Source: Gemmatimonadota bacterium (GTDB lineage Bacteria > Gemmatimonadota > Gemmatimonadetes > Longimicrobiales > Gaopeijiaceae). From it: 11,514 nucleotides of DNA. The position numbers and the translations under genes are program-made. The notes under the pieces were generated by a model. That model ran no database searches and was not told the DNA's origin. It worked only from the letters and a program-made list of their open reading frames with translations. Positions 6,348-11,514 of this stretch are shown piece by piece (the first letter of the stretch is position 1; each line of letters begins with the position of its first letter). Where the stretch lies: assembly GCA_039589315.1 (NCBI GenBank), contig JBDHHQ010000123.1, forward strand, positions 1 to 11,514, in the 5' to 3' direction.

Positions 6348-6923
6348 GTGCGCAAGCTCTATCTTCTTGGTTTCCTGTGGCTTGGCGTTAGTGGCCTCTA
6401 TCTCTTTGCCAAGTTCAGCGGCCCGCGAATCCTCTACCACAACAGCACCCAGCCCACCGTCTTCTCGGGCGAGGGTGGCGCCTGGTTCCAGCAGATCCGT
6501 CGCTTCTGCAACCCCACGGAGGTTGACGTTCAGCTTCGCTGGAACCCGCCCCCTGCGGGACTTCAGGGCACTGGCTACGCCGCAGCGTGCTACTCGCTGG
6601 CGGGGAAGACCGACAGGGCGCGGTCTCTGATCCTGGAATTGGAGCCTGACGACCAGTGGCGCGCCGCCGGCATCGTATTCAACGTCGGTCACCCGGTGGC
6701 GGACGCCGGCGACGACCTCGCGTCCGGCGAGATCATGGAGCTCGTGGTCGAGTTCTGGCCCAACCACTACATGGCTCTCTACCATGCCGGAGCGTCTCGG
6801 TGGGCCGTGGGCGACGTCGAGCGAGCCGAGCACTACCTGACCGAGTTCCTCGAGTATTACGACTGGGAGGACGGATGGACGGAGAGCGCGCGGCGGATCC
6901 TCGAGGAGATCGAGGACCGCTGA
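6348..6923 (+). CDS. Hypothetical N-terminally membrane-anchored protein with a TPR-like helical domain (~191 aa)
   Basis: SD GGAGGT lies 7 nt before GTG 6348 (the ORF track starts at 6339). MRK is followed by hydrophobic LYLLGFLWLGVSGLYLF. TPR-like helix pairs: YAAACYSLAGKTDRARSLI and ALYHAGASRWAVGDVERAEHYLTEFLEYY...WTESARRILEEI. Codon use is GC3-rich. Confidence 0.8.
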   Translation: MRKLYLLGFLWLGVSGLYLFAKFSGPRILYHNSTQPTVFSGEGGAWFQQIRRFCNPTEVDVQLRWNPPPAGLQGTGYAAACYSLAGKTDRARSLILELEPDDQWRAAGIVFNVGHPVADAGDDLASGEIMELVVEFWPNHYMALYHAGASRWAVGDVERAEHYLTEFLEYYDWEDGWTESARRILEEIEDR

Positions 6924-6975
6924 GACGTCTCGAGCTCCCTGGCTTCCCGACGCACCCGAAACGTACGGTCTTCCC

Positions 6976-8832
6976 GTGCCCTCCTCCGCCCGCCCCCTCG
7001 CACCCGTGAGCACCGGGCCCTTCCCCGGCCCCGGCGAGGTTCTGGGCGACCGATACGAGCTCGTGCACGAGATCGGTAGGGGCGGGTATTCCGTCGTCTT
7101 CTTCGCCCGGGACCGGTCCCTCGGGACCGACGTGGCCGTCAAGCTCCTCGTCCCTCCTCCGGCCGTCGCCCACCAAGCTCGGGAGCGCATGCGTCGCGAG
7201 GCCAGGGCCGTTCGGGGGCTCACGCACCCCAGCATCGTGGCGCTGCACGACTTCCTCGAGCAGGACGGCTGGAACTTCCTGGTCATGGAGTACGTCGACG
7301 GCCTCGACCTGAGCGCGGTGGTGGAGCAGCGGGGACCGCTGCCCGTGGACCAGGCGGCGGGCATCGGACGAGACGTGGCGGAAGCCCTGGCCGCCGCCCA
7401 TCGGAAGGGCATCCTCCACCGGGACGTCAAGCCGCACAACGTGCTCGTCGACGCGGAGGGCCGTGGCCGGCTCACCGACTTCGGCTCCGCCCGCCTCGAG
7501 GGCCAGGCCACGATGACGCATACCGGGGGCGTGGTGGGAACGCTCGCCTACGCTCCCCCCGAGATCCTGGCGGGCCGGAGGGGTGACGCCCGCTCGGACG
7601 TGTACGCCCTGGGTCTCACGGTGTTCTACGGCCTCACTGGTAGCCTGCCGCCCGGCGGCCTGTTGGGCCCGGGCGCCTCGGAGACCGGCTTCCGGCCCTC
7701 GGTCCAGGTGGACGGAATCCCGGGATGGATGGACGACATCGTCGCGCGGGCCACGCGCTCGGACCCCGGGGACCGTTTCCCCACCGCCGGCGCGCTGGGA
7801 GAGGCACTGTCCGCTCGGGGCGAGGGGAGCGGGGCCCTGGTCCCCGTGCGGTGGAGCGGGCGTTGTCTCATCTGCGGCGACGGCATCCCCGAGGGCACGG
7901 GCGTGTGCCCGGCCTGCGCCGCAGCCAGCGCCGGGGCCCCGAACCGGCTGGTCTTCCTGGATCGGCCCGGGTCCAGGACGGAGCGCCGCGAGCGCCTGCG
8001 TGAGCTGGAGGACCGGGTGGGCCAGACGGCCTCGGTGGCCGACCTGACCGCCGTGGCCAGCGGCGTCCGGCCGTTGGTGCGGGCCGCCGAGCCCATCTCG
8101 CAAAGGGCCGCCGAGGCCCTGGTTGCCGATGAGCTGCCGGCCGTGTCGCTGACGCGGCTTCAGGCCGCCGGGCGGGTGCCGCCGCCGTTTCTGCGCCTAC
8201 TGAGCGCGATCGTTGGCGTCGGCGTCGCCGCCTGGTGGACCGGCGGCACCTTCGTGGCCCTCACGAGCCCGGTCATCGCGGGCCTTCTCTGGCTGGCAGC
8301 CTTCGAGCGAGTGCGACACCCGGCCATCACCGTGAGCTCGGCGCAGTCGGCCCTACCCGAAGGGGCGGACGCGACAGCCGTGGAGGCATTGGCCAACATG
8401 CCTCCCGGCGCCGGCGCCGACCTGCTGTCCACGGTGCTCAGGCTGGCCCGGGCCGTTGCGGCGGCTCCTGCCACCGAGGACATGGACTCAGGGGGCCACA
8501 CGCTTGGGCAGGTGGTCGAGCAGGGGGCCGCCCTGGCCGTCGAGGTCTCCCGGCTTGATCGGGCGTTGGCCGTGCTGGACAGGACGCCGGTCTCCGACCC
8601 GGCCGACCAGAACCTGTGGGACGTTGTGACTCGGGCCCAACGAACCCGGGACCAACTGGTTCAGCAGCTCCTGGAGGCCATCGCCTCCCTGGGCCGCGCC
8701 CACCATCACCTGGCCGAGTCCGAAGCCCGTCTGGCCGCCATCGACGACGCGGCCCGGGAGCTGGAAGAGGACGCAGCCCGGGAGGCCGCGGCCGCCCGCG
8801 AGATCGAGGCGCTGCTGGCCGGACCGAGCTAG
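6976..8832 (+). CDS. Hanks-type Ser/Thr protein kinase with CxxC-x10-CxxC zinc ribbon, two TM helices and C-terminal helical/coiled-coil domain
   Basis: Catalytic motifs are intact: IGRGGYSVV, VAVK, alphaC Glu (RREA), HPSIV, VMEYVDG, HRDVKPHN, DFG, GTLAYAPPE and SDVYALG. Zinc ribbon CLICGDGIPEGTGVCPAC at 7864-7917; hydrophobic hairpin at ~8190-8304. Start is GTG 6976 or GTG 7006; no SD is seen. Confidence 0.92.
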   Translation: MPSSARPLAPVSTGPFPGPGEVLGDRYELVHEIGRGGYSVVFFARDRSLGTDVAVKLLVPPPAVAHQARERMRREARAVRGLTHPSIVALHDFLEQDGWNFLVMEYVDGLDLSAVVEQRGPLPVDQAAGIGRDVAEALAAAHRKGILHRDVKPHNVLVDAEGRGRLTDFGSARLEGQATMTHTGGVVGTLAYAPPEILAGRRGDARSDVYALGLTVFYGLTGSLPPGGLLGPGASETGFRPSVQVDGIPGWMDDIVARATRSDPGDRFPTAGALGEALSARGEGSGALVPVRWSGRCLICGDGIPEGTGVCPACAAASAGAPNRLVFLDRPGSRTERRERLRELEDRVGQTASVADLTAVASGVRPLVRAAEPISQRAAEALVADELPAVSLTRLQAAGRVPPPFLRLLSAIVGVGVAAWWTGGTFVALTSPVIAGLLWLAAFERVRHPAITVSSAQSALPEGADATAVEALANMPPGAGADLLSTVLRLARAVAAAPATEDMDSGGHTLGQVVEQGAALAVEVSRLDRALAVLDRTPVSDPADQNLWDVVTRAQRTRDQLVQQLLEAIASLGRAHHHLAESEARLAAIDDAARELEEDAAREAAAAREIEALLAGPS

Positions 8833-8948
8833 CCGACCCATACTGCCGGGGTCTCGGACCACCCTACCCCCTCGGCGGCGCACGTGCACTCGACGGATGT
8901 CCGAGGAGCGGCACCGGGCGGTCGCCAGCGTCCCACGACCCGCCCGAC

Positions 8949-10292
8949 ATGCCCCGCTCCCGCTTCCCCGACGCCCTCACCCTGCTAACCGGCTGCATCC
9001 TGGTGGCCGCGGTCCTCAGCTACATCCTCCCAGCCGGCCAGTACGACCGGGTAGACGACGAAGCCACCGGACGCAGCGTGGTCGTGGCAGGCAGCTTCCA
9101 CGCGGTGGAGCCCGCCCCCGTGGGCCCGTTCCAGGCCCTCGTGGCCATTCCCCGGGGACTGGTGGACGCCGCCGAGATCGTCTTCCTGGTCCTGCTCATC
9201 GGTGGAGCCTTCACGGTGGTCGATCAGACCGGAGCGCTGCGCACCGGAGTGGAGTGGCTGGTCGACCGCCTCGGGCATCGGGAGACCGTGGTCATTCCCG
9301 TCGTTTCGCTGTTCTTCGCCACCGGCGGTGCGCTCCAGAACATGCAGGAGGAGATCATCGCGTTGGTGCCCGTCCTCCTGATCCTCACCCGCCGCGTAGG
9401 CTTCACGCCAATCGTGGCCGTGGCCATGAGCGCGGGCGCCGCATTCGTAGGCTCGGCATTCAGCCCGATCAACCCCTTCCAGGTGGGCATCGCCCAGAAG
9501 GTGGCCGAGCTCCCGCTGCTGTCCGGCGGGCTCTTTCGCCTGGTCAGTCTGACCATCGCCCTGTTCCTGTGGATATGGAGCACCACACGGTACGCGCAGG
9601 CCAACCGCGTCCCACCGGAGGCCGTGGAAGCCGGTGACGAGCACGGGGCGCACGGGCGCCACTGGCTCATTCTCGGGATCGTCGTGGCGACGTTCGGCTT
9701 CGTCGTATGGGGGCTGTTGGGACTGGGATGGGGTTTCAACGAGCTGAGCGCGCTGTTCTTCGCCATGGCGGTGATCGTGGGGCTGCTCGGAGGCCTCCAG
9801 GTGGACGGCACGGCCAAGGCCTATGCCCTGGGCTTTCGGGACATGGCCTACGCGGCCGTGCTCATCGGCTTCGCCCGCGGCATCTTCGTCGTGCTGCAGG
9901 ACGGCCGCATCATCGACACCATCGTGCACGCCATGTTCACGCCGGTGGCCACGCTCCCGGTCCAGGTCTCCGCGCTCTTCATGATGGCCACGCAGGCCGT
10001 CATCCACGTCTTCGTGCCCAGCGTCAGCGGGCAGGCGGTGTTGACCATGCCGGTGCTGGTGCCTCTCTCGGATCTGCTCGGGCTCTCCCGGCAGGTCACC
10101 GTGCTCGCCTACCAGTTCGGGGCCGGCCTGTGTGACATGATCACCCCCACCAACGGGGCCCTCATGGCCATCATCGCGTACGCCCGGGTGGGGTACGAGG
10201 AGTGGCTCGGGTTTTGCCTACCGCGGTACCTTGCCCTCATGGCCCTCGGGGCAGTCACGATCGGCGTGGCCATCGCGATCGGTCTTCAATAG
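8949..10292 (+). CDS. yfcC: YfcC-family (DcuC/ArcD-related, IT superfamily) inner-membrane transporter (~447 aa)
   Basis: Many TM segments plus family motifs: SYILPAGQYDR, FLVLLIGGAF..V..TGA, EEIIALVP, INPFQVGIAQKVAELPLLSG, PSVSGQAVLTMPVLVPLSDLLGLSRQVTVLAYQFG and MITPTNGALMA. The true start is ATG 8949; the ORF-track extension from 8616 overlaps the kinase. Confidence 0.92.
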   Translation: MPRSRFPDALTLLTGCILVAAVLSYILPAGQYDRVDDEATGRSVVVAGSFHAVEPAPVGPFQALVAIPRGLVDAAEIVFLVLLIGGAFTVVDQTGALRTGVEWLVDRLGHRETVVIPVVSLFFATGGALQNMQEEIIALVPVLLILTRRVGFTPIVAVAMSAGAAFVGSAFSPINPFQVGIAQKVAELPLLSGGLFRLVSLTIALFLWIWSTTRYAQANRVPPEAVEAGDEHGAHGRHWLILGIVVATFGFVVWGLLGLGWGFNELSALFFAMAVIVGLLGGLQVDGTAKAYALGFRDMAYAAVLIGFARGIFVVLQDGRIIDTIVHAMFTPVATLPVQVSALFMMATQAVIHVFVPSVSGQAVLTMPVLVPLSDLLGLSRQVTVLAYQFGAGLCDMITPTNGALMAIIAYARVGYEEWLGFCLPRYLALMALGAVTIGVAIAIGLQ

Positions 10293-10303
10293 GATGGCGT
10301 GAA

Positions 10304-11242
10304 ATGCAGGCGACGATCACGAGTCACGGACGTGGACGACCGCAGATCGCATACGCAGCGGTTCCCGGGCCCCTCGCCTGGGTCAGCGTAGTCGCCTTCG
10401 CGCTGGCGGCCGCTGCCCTGACGCCCCACACGGCCCTCTCCCAGTCCCCGTCGATCCTCGAGCTGCTTCCCACGGCCGACCAGCGTGTAGAGATCGGCAC
10501 CGAACGGGCCGGCATGCTCACGGCGAGCGACTACGCGACCACCGACGGCAGGCGCGTCCAGGCCTTCGAGCTCTCCGGTGAGCGCGGCCAGCCCGTCACG
10601 ATCGACGCCGTTAGCGACGACTTCGACGCGTTTCTGTACGTCGTCGGCCCTGGATACGACGAGCCCCAGATGGACGACGACTCGGGCGGGCAATGCCATG
10701 CCCGACTATCCCTGTTCCTCCCGGATTCCGGGACGTTCCGCGTCGTCGTGGGCTCGCTCGGCGGGGGGACCGGTAGCTTCACCCTGTTCGTGGGGGATCG
10801 TCAAAGACCCATGGCGGAAGGGGGCTGCGGCGAGGACGCCGAGGAGGAGGCTGCCCTCCTGAGTCGGCTTCTCGAGCTCGAGCCTCGGGCCACCTTGGGC
10901 ACGGGGGATACCGTTCCGGCCACGCTGTCGCCCGACGGGCCCTCGCTGCCCGACGGGAGCCCCGCCGACGCCTGGTTGGTCGCCGGCGAAGCGGGCCAGA
11001 CACTGGTCATCGATCTGGTTTCCACGGAGTTCGACGGTCTTCTCTTCGCCGTGCGGCCGGGGGGCGAAGGGTACGACAGCGACGACGACTCGGGGGGAGC
11101 GTGCAACGCCCGCCTGATGATCACCTTCGACGCCAGTGAGCCCATCCGCGTCGTCGCCACGTCACTCGGCGGCCGGACCGGAGGGTATGCGCTGACGGTC
11201 TCCGATCGGGCTGGTCCCATGGCGACGGGGGAGTGTCCCTAG
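10304..11242 (+). CDS. Secreted protein with two tandem PPC-like (pre-peptidase C-terminal) domains and no catalytic domain (~312 aa)
   Basis: ATG is 11 nt after the yfcC stop. Signal peptide ...WVSVVAFALAAAALTPHTALS|Q. Two repeats: GERGQPVTIDAVSDDFDAFLYVVGPG..MDDDSGGQCHARL...GTFRVVVGSLGGGTGSFTLFV and GEAGQTLVIDLVSTEFDGLLFAVRPG..SDDDSGGACNARL...IRVVATSLGGRTGGYALTV. Confidence 0.85.
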   Translation: MQATITSHGRGRPQIAYAAVPGPLAWVSVVAFALAAAALTPHTALSQSPSILELLPTADQRVEIGTERAGMLTASDYATTDGRRVQAFELSGERGQPVTIDAVSDDFDAFLYVVGPGYDEPQMDDDSGGQCHARLSLFLPDSGTFRVVVGSLGGGTGSFTLFVGDRQRPMAEGGCGEDAEEEAALLSRLLELEPRATLGTGDTVPATLSPDGPSLPDGSPADAWLVAGEAGQTLVIDLVSTEFDGLLFAVRPGGEGYDSDDDSGGACNARLMITFDASEPIRVVATSLGGRTGGYALTVSDRAGPMATGECP

Positions 11243-11348
11243 GCGCACCGCGGACCCGATAGGTCGACGACCCTGAGGGGTAGACCACGGCGAGACCTCG
11301 CGAGACCCCTCGGTTCCGGTAGCTCGACCGGCCCTCGAGGGGTGGCCC

Positions 11349-11381
11349 CGGTTGGATGCGCCTCGGGGGGCGATCCAGCCG
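11349..11381 (+). terminator. GC-rich hairpin downstream of the plus-strand genes (possible terminator or stabilising stem)
   Basis: cggttggat-g-cgcct-cggg-gggcg-atccagccg forms a 9-bp plus a 5-bp stem, with G-U pairs only on the plus strand. No poly-U tail. Confidence 0.3.
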
Positions 11382-11461
11382 ACTGCACGGCCCCGTCTCG
11401 TTTCCCCACCGGTCAGCCGATAACCCTGGAGGAGCAGGACGCCACCTCCAGGGACCGACAC

Positions 11462-11514
11462 ATGCCCCCCTCGCCCAAGACACAGTTCGAACTCGCCGAG
11501 CCACCGCAGGACGC
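11462..11514 (+). CDS. Probable 5' end of a gene running off the right edge (MPPSPKTQFELAEPPQD...)
   Basis: ATG 11462 has AGGGA 7 nt upstream and is open to the window end. Too short to assign a family. Confidence 0.4.
   Translation, partial: MPPSPKTQFELAEPPQD

Noticed and set aside
6210..10135. Antisense or off-frame ORFs over the kinase and yfcC (6210..7511-, 6733..8103-, 8897..9637+, 8985..10007-) and the 8616 extension of yfcC
   Set aside because: They overlap motif-supported genes and are typical GC-rich shadows. YfcC homology begins at MPRSRFP (8949).
11121..11504. Minus-strand ORFs 11121..11504 and 11162..11461
   Set aside because: Not protein-like, and they overlap the 3' end of the PPC gene and hairpin-rich intergenic DNA.

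Overview
GC-rich bacterial DNA. The gene styles suggest Gemmatimonadota, but that is inference only. The window holds two divergent gene blocks. The minus strand carries a complete SusC/RagA-type TonB-dependent transporter (5573..2202), its SusD/RagB-type lipoprotein (2178..847) and the 5' part of a second, paralogous SusC (773..1). The plus strand carries a membrane-anchored TPR-like protein, a Hanks-type Ser/Thr kinase with a zinc ribbon, two TM helices and a helical tail, a YfcC-family transporter, a secreted protein with two PPC-like domains, and a probable gene start at the right edge. The most notable signals are outside the ORF annotation: (i) a ~186-nt, strand-asymmetric structured RNA candidate at 6005-6190 with 6S-like traits; (ii) three CTTATCT heptamers at an exact 11-bp period upstream of susC; (iii) a 90-bp tract with 89/90 identity between otherwise silent-site-diverged susC paralogs; (iv) a hairpin that may bring a distant Shine-Dalgarno next to the yfcC start. 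All pairings and alignments were done by eye; no searches were run.
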